A stretch of DNA of 62,400 nucleotides from Candidatus Omnitrophota bacterium (GCA_003154195.1 PMCS01000028.1:1-62400), one strand, 5' to 3'; positions 18,283 through 27,948 are shown, counted from the first letter of the stretch. The notes: generated from the letters alone by a model not told the origin. Program-made: numbers and translations.

Positions 18283-19599
18283 ATGAGAAAAAAAGTTACC
18301 TATATAATAATACCGCTGGCCGCTTTTATCTGCTTTGCCGGATTGCTCCTGCCGGCCCGGGCGCAAACAGCGCGGCAGGAAACTGCGCCGGTAGAAGCAA
18401 AAAACGCCATCACGCTGGAGGAATGTTACAAGTTGGCACTCAAGCAAAGCGAAACCCTCGCCATCAACCGCGAGAAAATCCGGGAAGCCGAAGCGCATTT
18501 CACACAGGCGCTGGGAACAGCCCTGCCCCACGTCAGTTTCGTGAGGACCGAAACCCTGCAAGACACAAGTGAATCTTCCTCCAACAAAAAAAGGAGCTTT
18601 GACCAGGGGTTCGCCTTCAGCCAAACCCTTTTTTCCGGCTTCAAGGAATTCGCAGGTATGGCAGGAAGCCGGGAAGAGGTAAAACAACGCACCTGGGAAG
18701 CTAAACGCGCCGCTCAACTTCTTTTTGTCGATGTCGCCGACGCGTTCTACCTGTTGGCCGAAATACAGGAAGACACCAAAGCCATGGAAACAACCCGGCA
18801 AGCGCTCAAAGACCGCATCAATGACCTTAAAGCACGCGTGGATATCGGTAAATCCCGCCCCAGCGAAATCTCCAGCACTGAAGTCCAGCTTTATACTCTT
18901 GAGGCTGAAACGGAAGCGGTCAAAAGCAGCGAGACCGTGGCGCGCGACCTCCTGGAATTTCTTATCGGAGAACCGGTCGGCTCGCTTACCGACGACAACG
19001 CCAAATTTACGCTGGAAAGCGAATCGGTATATCTCCGGGATGTTTTAAACCGCCCCGATGTTTTGGCGACAAACTACGCGTGGCAAGCGGACAAAAAAAG
19101 AGCTTATATTGCCAAAACAGGTTTTCTTCCTTCAGTAAGCCTGGGAGCCAATTCCTATACCCATAAAAGTTCATCTCCCCGCGTTGCCTGGGACGCCCTG
19201 TTATCAATCGATGTTCCTATTTTTGAAGGCACGGAAACTGCCGGCGCGGTCAAAGCGGCAAACGCCGTCGCCCGGGAAAGCGAACTCAGTTACCGGCGCG
19301 CGATACGCCTGGCCCTGGTGGACATCCATGATTCCTACGCTTTAGCTTCCGCGGCAATCACCCGTACCACCACGCTCGCTAAAGCCCTGCAGTCGGCCGA
19401 ACAGAATTACGCGCTCCAGAAAGAAGACTACAAGCTCAACCTGGTCAACAACCTTGAAGTCCTCTCCGCGATACAGGATTTGGAAAACACCCGCCGGGGT
19501 TACAATAACGCTTATTACGAAAGCCGGCGCCTTTGCTGGCAGCTTCGCGCCGCCGGAGGCGATATCCCGCAGGTGGAAGAAGCGGAACAAAAGAGATAA
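18283..19599 (+). CDS. outer membrane efflux protein (TolC/OMF family)
   Basis: 438 aa with a signal peptide and two OEP-type repeats (LTLEECYKLALKQSETL..., YNNAYYESRRLCWQL). Starts 1 nt after the marR stop. Confidence 0.85.
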   Translation: MRKKVTYIIIPLAAFICFAGLLLPARAQTARQETAPVEAKNAITLEECYKLALKQSETLAINREKIREAEAHFTQALGTALPHVSFVRTETLQDTSESSSNKKRSFDQGFAFSQTLFSGFKEFAGMAGSREEVKQRTWEAKRAAQLLFVDVADAFYLLAEIQEDTKAMETTRQALKDRINDLKARVDIGKSRPSEISSTEVQLYTLEAETEAVKSSETVARDLLEFLIGEPVGSLTDDNAKFTLESESVYLRDVLNRPDVLATNYAWQADKKRAYIAKTGFLPSVSLGANSYTHKSSSPRVAWDALLSIDVPIFEGTETAGAVKAANAVARESELSYRRAIRLALVDIHDSYALASAAITRTTTLAKALQSAEQNYALQKEDYKLNLVNNLEVLSAIQDLENTRRGYNNAYYESRRLCWQLRAAGGDIPQVEEAEQKR

Positions 19600-19696
19600 G
19601 CAATAGCATTTTAAAATTATCATTTGGCATTAACCATTTATCATTTTTAAAAAATTTAAAATGACAAATGGTCAACGAACAATTTAAAATATAATC

Positions 19697-22600
19697 ATGA
19701 ATCTTCCTAAGGTCTCGATAAAAAATCCCGTTTTTGCCTGGATGCTCATGGCCGGCCTTATGCTTTTTGGCCTGATCAGTTTCAACCGCATGGGCGTCAG
19801 CCAGCTGCCGGATGTAGACTTCCCGGTCATTTCCGTCGGCCTTACCTGGCAAGGCGCCGCCCCGGAAGTCCTTGAGTCAGCTGTAGTAGACGTAGTCGAA
19901 GACTCGATTATGAGCATCCAGGGCGTACGCGATATCACCTCTTCCATCAAACAGGGCAGCGCCAGCATCACCATCGAATTTGAGCTCGACCGCAACATCG
20001 ACGCCGCTTATCAGGATGTTCAGGCCAAACTCAATGAAGCCCAGCGTAATCTTCCCAAAGACATGGATGCTCCCATTATCAGAAAAAGCAACCCCGATGA
20101 CCAGCCGATTATCTGGATGACCGTGTATTCCGGCAAACGTTCGATGCGCGACCTGATGACCTATGTCCAGGATTATTTAAAAGACCAGTTCAGCACGATT
20201 AACGGCGTGGGCGAAATATTTCTGGGCGGTTTTCTTGACCGAAACCTGCGTATCTGGGTGGACGCGGCTAAACTTAAAACTTACCAGTTAACCGTCCAGG
20301 ATATTATCGACGCGGTTAATCTGGAACATCAGGAAGTACCGGGAGGAAAAATCGAAACAACGGCAAAAGAATTCAATGTCCGCGTGATGGGCGAAGCGCT
20401 CAGCGCGAAAGCTTTCGCCGACATTCTGATTCCCCGGCGCGCGGGACTACCGATTTACAAGCCGATTTATTTGCGCGACGTCGCTACGGTCGAAGACGGC
20501 CTTGATGATGTACGCCGGCTTCTACGCGCTAAAGGCATGCAAGCCGTAGGCTTAGGCATCCGTAAACAACGCGGCACCAATGAAGTTACTGTAGCGCATA
20601 AGGCTCTCGAACGCCTCGCCGAGATAAGGAAAACCCTGCCTGAAGATATAAAAATAGACATACGCTTTAATCGTACCCAGTTCAGCGAAGATTCGATACA
20701 CGAATTAACCTTTATGTTGATCCTTTCCGCCATCGTCACTTCGCTGGTCTGCTGGATCTTCCTCGGTTCCTGGAGCGCTACGGTTAATATTCTTTTGGCG
20801 ATACCCACTTCGATTCTGGGCGCCTTCATCGTCATTTATTTTCTCGGCTTCACCCTCAATACTTTCACCGTGCTGGCGCTTTCCCTGGCCATCGGCATTG
20901 TCGTAGACGATGCGATCATGGTCCTGGAAAATATTGTGCGCCTGCGGGAAAAAGGCATGGCTAAAGTTGAAGCGGCGCTCAAAGGCGCTACCCAGATAGC
21001 TTTTGCCGCTTTGGCCGCAACAATCGCTTTAATCGCTATCTTTCTCCCTGTCGCGTTTATGTCCGGGATCATCGGCAAGTTTTTTTATCAGTTCGGTATG
21101 ACTATTTCCATCGCCGTCGGCCTGTCATTGCTGGAAGCGCTGACCCTTGCCCCCATGCGCTGTTCGCAATTTTTACAAATCGGTGAACGCACTACATGGT
21201 TCGGCAAAACGGTAGAAACAACGTTCCGGCGGCTGGCAACCGGTTACCGCACAAGCCTCGGCAAAGCGCTGAATCACCCCTGGCTTATCCTGCTTACGGC
21301 TAATATATTTTTCTTCGCTTCGCTTTTCTTTGTTGGAATACTGCGCAAAGAATTTGTGCCGGCGCAAGACCAGAGCATGTTCCTCTGCCGCCTGCAAACT
21401 CCCGTAGGCTCAGCCTTACCCTTCACCGAAGACCGGGTAAAACAAGCGGAAGCATTTGTGAAAAGTCAGCCGGCGGTAGAAGGGTACTTCACGGGAATCG
21501 GTGGTTTCGGTGGCGGGGAAGTCAACACGGCAATGTTATTCGTCAATCTTAAAAAACCCGGGGAACGGCCGGTTGACCCCGGCCTGAAACGGCGAATGAA
21601 ACAAAGCGACATAATGGCCGTCTTTCGTGAAAGCCTCAACAAGATACCGGACATTAAAGCAACGATCCAGGACATGTCCGTTGCCGGATTTTCCGCGCAG
21701 CGCGGCTTTCCTATCGAATTTTATGTGAAAGGGCCGGACTGGCAGAAACTTGCCGATTATTCAGCACAATTGCGTGAAGAAATGGAGAAAACCGGCCTGA
21801 TGATTGATGTCGACACCGATTATCAGGCTAAAATACCGGAAATCAGGCTTATCCCCGACCGGGCAAAAGCTGATGAACGAGGCGTGAGTATCGATACTCT
21901 CGGAAACGCAGTCAATGCCCTAATTGGCGGCGAACGCATCGGTAAATTCACCCGGGATGGCCGGCGCTACGACATCCGCATCCGCCTTATTCCCCTTCAA
22001 CGCGCCAAAGCTGAGGATATAATGGAAACAGAAGTATGGAATAACCGCGGGGAAATAGTCCAGCTTAAAGAAGTTGCTTCTCTCAAGGAAGAACCGACGC
22101 CATTGACCATTACCCGGCGCGGCCGGGAACGGGCAATCACCATCTTTGCCAACGTCGCGCAGGGTAAATCCCAGGCTGACGCGCTCAAGGCGGTCGAGAA
22201 CATCGGCAAAAAAATCCTGCCCGAAGGTTATAAGGCGGTGTTCAGCGGCAGCACCAAAACTTTTCAGGAATCATTTTCCAGTTTGTTCGTTGCGCTGATC
22301 CTGGGAATCATCGTTGCCTACATGGTATTGGCTTCGCAATTCAACAGCTATCTTCATCCCCTATCGGTCTTGTACGCTCTACCGTTCAGTGTCTCGGGCG
22401 CCCTTATCGCGCTGTGGATGGCGGGGCAATCGCTGAACATCTACAGTTTCATCGGCCTTATCCTGCTGATGGGAATTGTAAAAAAGAACTCCATTCTCCT
22501 GGTAGACTTCACCAACAAATTGCGCGAACAGAAACTCCCCGTTCGCCAGGCTCTGGTAGAAGCCTGCCCGATAAGATTGCGTCCGATTCTGATGACCTCT

Positions 22601-22831
22601 ATTTCCACCATCGTCGCGGCCCTGCCGCCGGCTCTGGCCATCGGCCCGGGTGCGGAAACGCGTATCCCCATGGCCGTAGCAATAATCGGCGGCGTTACTA
22701 TTTCCACTGTCCTGACCCTGTACGTCGTTCCGTCGGTATATTTATTATTATCGCGGATAGAAAAAAAGAAATACGATTTACCGGGGGAGCTTGAAGAAAC
22801 AAACGAAGACAAAATTGAAATTAGCGCTTAA
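19697..22831 (+). CDS. RND efflux transporter (AcrB/HAE family)
   Basis: 1044 aa with 12-TM AcrB architecture. Conserved blocks include NPVFAWMLMAGLMLFG, AIGIVVDDAIMVLENI and GIVKKNSILLVDF. Confidence 0.93.
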   Translation: MNLPKVSIKNPVFAWMLMAGLMLFGLISFNRMGVSQLPDVDFPVISVGLTWQGAAPEVLESAVVDVVEDSIMSIQGVRDITSSIKQGSASITIEFELDRNIDAAYQDVQAKLNEAQRNLPKDMDAPIIRKSNPDDQPIIWMTVYSGKRSMRDLMTYVQDYLKDQFSTINGVGEIFLGGFLDRNLRIWVDAAKLKTYQLTVQDIIDAVNLEHQEVPGGKIETTAKEFNVRVMGEALSAKAFADILIPRRAGLPIYKPIYLRDVATVEDGLDDVRRLLRAKGMQAVGLGIRKQRGTNEVTVAHKALERLAEIRKTLPEDIKIDIRFNRTQFSEDSIHELTFMLILSAIVTSLVCWIFLGSWSATVNILLAIPTSILGAFIVIYFLGFTLNTFTVLALSLAIGIVVDDAIMVLENIVRLREKGMAKVEAALKGATQIAFAALAATIALIAIFLPVAFMSGIIGKFFYQFGMTISIAVGLSLLEALTLAPMRCSQFLQIGERTTWFGKTVETTFRRLATGYRTSLGKALNHPWLILLTANIFFFASLFFVGILRKEFVPAQDQSMFLCRLQTPVGSALPFTEDRVKQAEAFVKSQPAVEGYFTGIGGFGGGEVNTAMLFVNLKKPGERPVDPGLKRRMKQSDIMAVFRESLNKIPDIKATIQDMSVAGFSAQRGFPIEFYVKGPDWQKLADYSAQLREEMEKTGLMIDVDTDYQAKIPEIRLIPDRAKADERGVSIDTLGNAVNALIGGERIGKFTRDGRRYDIRIRLIPLQRAKAEDIMETEVWNNRGEIVQLKEVASLKEEPTPLTITRRGRERAITIFANVAQGKSQADALKAVENIGKKILPEGYKAVFSGSTKTFQESFSSLFVALILGIIVAYMVLASQFNSYLHPLSVLYALPFSVSGALIALWMAGQSLNIYSFIGLILLMGIVKKNSILLVDFTNKLREQKLPVRQALVEACPIRLRPILMTSISTIVAALPPALAIGPGAETRIPMAVAIIGGVTISTVLTLYVVPSVYLLLSRIEKKKYDLPGELEETNEDKIEISA

Positions 22832-22942
22832 AAATGTGGGGTATTTGCATAACTATTCGATAGCCCATGAGAAATAAAGAATAAAGGCAACAAAATAATT
22901 TTTTTCTTCTTCCTTCCCTTCCCTGGCTTCCTGTAGAAATTG

Positions 22943-23746
22943 TTATTTTTGGCAGTGTGGACAAAAAGTAGTACCGCGGCCGGCAACAACAATTCTTTTT
23001 AGCGGCGTTTTACATTTTAGGCAGGGCTGATTATCACGCTGGTAAACCTTTAAATAAGGCACATTCCCGCCCTTACTCCCATCTAATTGATAATAACTGT
23101 CGGCGGAAGTTCCTTTATTTTTTATCCCTTCCCGTAAAACTTTAAGCAGGCAATTATAAAGACGCACTAAATCTTCGGCGTTAAGTTTGTTCGCTTCCCT
23201 TTGAGGATGTATCCCGGCGCAGAATACCGCTTCCTGGGCGTAGATGTTGCCGATTCCGGCAATAAAGGCCTGGTCCATAAGAAGTGGCTTGATTTTAGTT
23301 TTTTTACCGGTAAAAAGTTTAACAAATCCCTGCCGAGTGAGGTCAAGCGGCTCCGGCCCCATAGTTTTTACAATCGGTAATTCCCGCCAATCATTGACCA
23401 GGCGCAGCTCGCCCAAAACCCTGCCATCGCAAAATTGCAGCCAGCGGCCGTCGGAAAGTTTAAAAATAATCCGGGCATAACGGCCTTCCTTCTTTCCTAA
23501 AAATAGCGAGCCGCTAATACGCAGATGAATAATAATAAATAATTTGTCGCTGAGCTTAAGAATCAGCACTTTACCGCGCCGGATAATCTCGGCGATTTTA
23601 CGGCCGGTTACTTGCGCCTTAAAATCCTGCGGCGAAATCCCCTTTAAAAGACGAGCGTCGTTAAAAACTACGTCCTTGATTGTCCGGCCGGCCGCTTCTC
23701 GTTTAAGTTGCTGTTGGATTGTCGTGACTTCGGGTAATTCAGGAAT
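22943..23746 (-). CDS. mutM: formamidopyrimidine-DNA glycosylase (Fpg/MutM), apparent ATT initiation codon
   Basis: The frame reads (ATT) PELPEVTTIQQQL...LRISG...GIGNIYAQE...C-terminal zinc finger CLKC...CPHC. No ATG, GTG or TTG lies upstream of the obligatory N-terminal Pro. AAGGAG sits 6 nt before the ATT at 23744-23746. Confidence 0.85.
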   Translation of the reverse strand: MPELPEVTTIQQQLKREAAGRTIKDVVFNDARLLKGISPQDFKAQVTGRKIAEIIRRGKVLILKLSDKLFIIIHLRISGSLFLGKKEGRYARIIFKLSDGRWLQFCDGRVLGELRLVNDWRELPIVKTMGPEPLDLTRQGFVKLFTGKKTKIKPLLMDQAFIAGIGNIYAQEAVFCAGIHPQREANKLNAEDLVRLYNCLLKVLREGIKNKGTSADSYYQLDGSKGGNVPYLKVYQRDNQPCLKCKTPLKRIVVAGRGTTFCPHCQK

Positions 23747-23868
23747 AATTTTCTCCTTTTTTAAGCTGCGCTTAATGCCTAAGACTGTGCCTCCGGCGGT
23801 GCCCTGCGGGCGGCGGTGCCATAAAGCGGCTTGCTTTGCGCTTTCCGCTCATAAGACAATTTCTTAAC

Positions 23869-23999
23869 GGTAAAAGGGTGGGGTAATTCAGGCGGCTGCG
23901 TAACTCGCCCCGCCTTTCGTTAAAAGGCAGGGCTCAAACACCCGCAGCCGTTTCGGCCTTCGGCTTACGAAATTCCCTGAATTACCCCACCCTTTTACC
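23869..23999. repeat. 131-bp extended palindromic element (MITE-like or structured RNA)
   Basis: Perfect 24-bp arms GGTAAAAGGGTGGGGTAATTCAGG (23869-23892) and CCTGAATTACCCCACCCTTTTACC (23976-23999). Further inner pairings: CGGCTGCG/CGCAGCCG and GCCCCGCCTTT/AAAAGGCAGGGC. Confidence 0.8.
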
Positions 24000-24330
24000 T
24001 AAAATTGTCAAATCGCGAAAACCGCAAAGCCAATCCTATTTTTATAGGTGAAAAATAAAAAAAGATTTTATTCAGTAATTTTTATTGCTCTTTACCATCA
24101 ATAACCCCAGCGCCTTCTTTATTTAATATCGTTAAAATATTTTTACAAAAATCTAATAAATCAGTCCCTTGAAATTCCTCCAAGGTCATTTCTTGAGCAA
24201 TTTCTCTATTTTTAGATTTAGCGCTAAATCCTAATTGTTCTTTCACCTTTTTGTCGGAATTTAACTCAGTTAACCCATCAGGAATTTGTAAATCTGGATA
24301 AATCTTTTTTATAGCCCTGACCGAAAGATA

Positions 24331-25575
24331 TTAGGTAGGCGTTTTTTCGGCTAATGTAAACTTCTTAAGCGCCAGGGAAAACCCGGTTAAATACCAGAAG
24401 ATTACCGTTACCCGGGGATAATACAGGTTGGTCTCGGTAAGCCCGTTGATCAGAAAAGCGATAAGGCAGGCGATTAAACAAAGAGCGGTTGTTTTTAAAA
24501 ATTCATCCGGCAGATTACGATATACCGTAATTGCCTGTTTAAACAGCATAAATAAAAAATAAAAAAAAGCGCCAAGCCCGAATAAACCGATTTCTCCGGC
24601 AAGGTGTAAATAAATATTATGCGCGTATACGTTCTTGCCGGTTATATAGGCTCCACTTTCCGGCAGTTTATACTTTGAATAGTTCTGGCTGAAAGTATTG
24701 ACCCCCACGCCGATAAAGGGGTGGTGGGCAATCATGTTCAGGGTATTTTTGTAGGTGCTGATCCGGTCACAGTTGCACATAAATATGATAGGGTTATAGT
24801 TTATTTCTTTTGCCCATTTTTTTATATTTTTCGGCATTACCAGGGGATAAGCCAACAAAGCGGCCAGCAAAATAACAATCATCGTTTTCCGTTTCTTGAC
24901 AATCGCGATGGCCAACAAAGCAAGATAGACACCCAGGCCCGCTCCCCGCGAAAGAGTTAGAACTACTCCCGCAACCGCCAGAAGGCCGGCGGCCAACATC
25001 GCGATTTTTGCTTTTCCGCGATAGTAAAATATCGCCAAACCGGCGATTAAAGGAGCAAGCGCGGCTAAATAAACCCCCAGGACATTAGAATTAGCGAAAG
25101 AAGCGGTCGGCCGGAAAAGGCTGATCACGCAAGTATCTAAAGGATTACCCCGGATGAAATCTTTACCGAAGATTAACTGCCAGGCGGAATCAACGCTTAC
25201 CAATGACACGGCCAGAGCCGTCGATACAATAATACGCCTGATCTGTTTTATGTCTTTAATTTCCTGCGCGCAGACTAAAAATATCAAAAGGTATTTAAGC
25301 AATTTCGTGATACCCTGGAAACTTGCCCTCAGGTCAATTGAGTTTATAAAGGAGAGCAGCGAAAATAGCACTATCGCGGCAAAAGCCCAATTCACCGGCG
25401 TAGGGATGAATAATCTTTCTTTCTTCAAAACCTTCTTCAGCAAAAAGAAAACACCCATAATGCCGATAAAAGAATCGGCCAAACCGGAACTAATCGCCGC
25501 CGAAAACGGCAAAATTACAATCGACCAATAAACCGCCGAATTAAAAATATAGGATGCTTTATCTTTCATAATCAT
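24331..25575 (-). CDS. O-antigen ligase / Wzy_C-family polytopic membrane protein (candidate pilin glycosyltransferase)
   Basis: 414 aa with about 10-12 TM helices and a periplasmic loop (LTLSRGAGLG). Its start overlaps the stop of the upstream prepilin gene by 4 nt. Confidence 0.75.
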   Translation of the reverse strand: MIMKDKASYIFNSAVYWSIVILPFSAAISSGLADSFIGIMGVFFLLKKVLKKERLFIPTPVNWAFAAIVLFSLLSFINSIDLRASFQGITKLLKYLLIFLVCAQEIKDIKQIRRIIVSTALAVSLVSVDSAWQLIFGKDFIRGNPLDTCVISLFRPTASFANSNVLGVYLAALAPLIAGLAIFYYRGKAKIAMLAAGLLAVAGVVLTLSRGAGLGVYLALLAIAIVKKRKTMIVILLAALLAYPLVMPKNIKKWAKEINYNPIIFMCNCDRISTYKNTLNMIAHHPFIGVGVNTFSQNYSKYKLPESGAYITGKNVYAHNIYLHLAGEIGLFGLGAFFYFLFMLFKQAITVYRNLPDEFLKTTALCLIACLIAFLINGLTETNLYYPRVTVIFWYLTGFSLALKKFTLAEKTPT

Positions 25576-26102
25576 GAAGCAGTATAAGCGACAAGCATAT
25601 ACACCGTTGTATTGGCCACACCGTTCGTATACCGCACCGACCCGGAACTATTATCCACCGCGCCGTCAAGCTGGAAGTTTATCCTCTGCGCGGCACTACC
25701 GCTCGTCCTCGCGGGGATGTTTGTTGACGTGATATAGCAACTCTGATCCGGCCTGCCGTCATTATTCCAATCAAAATCCATACTGGAGTTAATACTGTAG
25801 GCACCGTTCCAGGGGTTTCTTGCCGGCCATTTTTCTAAGTAAGGCCCGTCCCAGGAAGCGTTGGAAACCGATCCGGTAGTATTGTTGATCAAACCTGAAC
25901 CGTTGCTGGTATTATCCGGCCATGAACCGGTATCGGTATAAAATGCCAGGCATCCAGTCCTAAAAGACTTATAATCGCTGACGCCGGCGCCTACTTTTCC
26001 TTTTTCAAGCGCTTTAAAAGCATTGGGCGCAATAATAGCCGCGAGGGTCGCAATAATGGCGATGACGACAATCAATTCGGCCAAGGTAAATACCTTACGC
26101 AT
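25572..26102 (-). CDS. type IV pilin / pseudopilin with a prepilin N-terminal methylation motif
   Basis: MRKV/FTLAELIVVIAIIATLAAIIAP (class III signal peptide, Glu+5). GGGAGAGG SD before the ATG at 26102; the track's upstream start at 26135 is less likely. Confidence 0.88.
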   Translation of the reverse strand: MRKVFTLAELIVVIAIIATLAAIIAPNAFKALEKGKVGAGVSDYKSFRTGCLAFYTDTGSWPDNTSNGSGLINNTTGSVSNASWDGPYLEKWPARNPWNGAYSINSSMDFDWNNDGRPDQSCYITSTNIPARTSGSAAQRINFQLDGAVDNSSGSVRYTNGVANTTVYMLVAYTAS

Positions 26103-26179
26103 ACCCTCTCCCTTTGTTTGCTTTGCAAAAATCATTATGGTAAGTTAAACTAATCGTTTCCAACACCCACTTTACCAAT

Positions 26180-26207
26180 ATTATACTCCAAGATATCTTC
26201 CCTTCAA
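26180..26207 (-). promoter_or_regulatory. sigma70-type promoter for the pilin-ligase pair
   Basis: On the minus strand: TTGAAG (26202-26207), 16 nt, TATAAT (26180-26185). About 75 nt upstream of the pilin ATG. Confidence 0.5.
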
Positions 26208-26227
26208 TGGATTTCATAAGGCCGGTA

Positions 26228-26486
26228 AACAAATTTACTCCCCGCGGCAAGCCGCGGGATATCTAGCTTCATTTCTCCGAAGTTCTCCTTCGCTCTTTGA
26301 GCTTCGGGGAAATCTCGCCGAAGTTCTCCTTCGCCGTTATTGACTTCGGAGAAATCTCACCGAAGCTTTAGCGAAAGCGGACCTTGGCGAAGGAGAATAA
26401 GGCATTATTATTGGGGGGGGTAGGGTTTCTCGGCCGTCCGCCGCGAACAGTTATTTTTCCGTGATTTGTTTTAGGTAAAAAGAGCG
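26228..26486 (+). mobile_element. IS right-end fragment (structured C-insert plus right-end tail), no transposase
   Basis: Homologous to 33355-33613, 46470-46644 and 50125-50301 (TATCTAGCTTCATTTCTCCGAAGTTCTCC...GGCGAAGGAGAATAAGGCATTATTATTGGGGG). The tail matches 53731-53810. Confidence 0.75.
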
Positions 26487-26526
26487 CTGACCTTTTACTG
26501 TTTTACCGTTGCATTCCTCATAGTTG

Positions 26527-27948
26527 CTAGACAGATCTTTGCTCTTCTTCTAAAATATTTACAAAGGTATCCACTACTTGTTGATCAAATTGTACGCCGC
26601 TGCCTTGCTTAAGCTGAACAATAGCTTCTTCTTGGCTAAAGGATTTACGGTATGCCCTGTCTGACGTCATCGCGTCATAAGCATCGGCCACGGTAACGAT
26701 GGAAGTAAAAATATTAATATTATCGCCCTTAAGACGGTCGGGATAACCATTGCCATCAACGCGTTCATGGTGGCTGCGCACAACAGAAAGAATCCCCTCG
26801 TCTACGACCAATGACTTCAATATCTTCGCACCCGCAGCCGGGTGCTTCTTGATCTCGATCCACTCACCTTCGGTGAGCGGTGTAGTTTTATTCAAAATAT
26901 CCGAAGCAATACCGATTTTGCCCACGTCATGCAACATCGCCACGTTTTTAAAAAGATCGACCTTATCAGCAATAAACCCCATACGCCGGGCAATCTGTTC
27001 GGAATATTTCGAAACCCGTTCCGAATGGCCTTTGGTATATTCATCCTTCTCTTCAAGCGTTGTCACAAAAGAGATCATCACGTTATAAAAATATTCGTTC
27101 AACTTACGCCGGGCAAGGCACAAACTTCTAGCCATCGTGTTAAAAGCATTCGCCAAAATACCGATCTCATCATAACTATCGACCGTAATCTGATACTCTA
27201 AATTACCGCTGGTAATATGGTTAATGCCTTTGACCAACCTTTGCACTGGACGCGCAATCATATACGAAATATATTGGCCCACCAATATCGAAAAAATAAG
27301 GCTTATCAAAAATACAAAAAAGACGCGCCGATCGACCTCTCGCTGCATACGTTGAATATCGGATGCCAGCACATCGACACCAATAACTGCGATCGCTTGC
27401 CCATTGTTATTACAAAGCGGCGCGTATCCGGAAAGGGTTTTCTGCCAAAGGTCGGACTCGATCTTATCATCCGATCCGGCCCTTTCAAAAGCGTGCAAAA
27501 GCGCCGGGAAACGCCGCGCATCATAAAGCTTACCCGGGCCAAAAACCGAAGGCTCATTATTATACATCGTACCGGGAGGATCGGAGTCAGCAACAAACTC
27601 TAAAAACCCCGGTTCTACAGATTTACAAAAAATATAGACTGAAGATATTTCATGATTTAAATTTTTTATCCTGGTTATTGTTTTAAAAAGCTTATCGTAT
27701 GCCGGGGCACCAAAATATAAGCGGTTAGCCATCACCCACTCGACCGACGGTATATCAACCGTCAAAGCTGCCGTTTGAGCAACCAGGGTAAGCTTACTAC
27801 GCAGTTGTTCAAATTGAGAACGCAAAGCATAGCGATAAACCAAAAAGCTCCCCAAAAAGGCAGCCGCAACCATCGCGGTAATGCACGCAATAGTTACCTT
27901 AAGCTGAAATCTATGCAAAAAAACAGGGACGGTCTTTTTTACTTTCAT
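26527..27948 (-). CDS. HD-GYP domain c-di-GMP phosphodiesterase with periplasmic sensor and HAMP domains
   Basis: Two TM helices flank a sensor region of about 180 aa. HAMP domain, then HD (MLHDVGKI) and HHERVDGNGYP (GYP) motifs. Confidence 0.9.
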   Translation of the reverse strand: MKVKKTVPVFLHRFQLKVTIACITAMVAAAFLGSFLVYRYALRSQFEQLRSKLTLVAQTAALTVDIPSVEWVMANRLYFGAPAYDKLFKTITRIKNLNHEISSVYIFCKSVEPGFLEFVADSDPPGTMYNNEPSVFGPGKLYDARRFPALLHAFERAGSDDKIESDLWQKTLSGYAPLCNNNGQAIAVIGVDVLASDIQRMQREVDRRVFFVFLISLIFSILVGQYISYMIARPVQRLVKGINHITSGNLEYQITVDSYDEIGILANAFNTMARSLCLARRKLNEYFYNVMISFVTTLEEKDEYTKGHSERVSKYSEQIARRMGFIADKVDLFKNVAMLHDVGKIGIASDILNKTTPLTEGEWIEIKKHPAAGAKILKSLVVDEGILSVVRSHHERVDGNGYPDRLKGDNINIFTSIVTVADAYDAMTSDRAYRKSFSQEEAIVQLKQGSGVQFDQQVVDTFVNILEEEQRSV

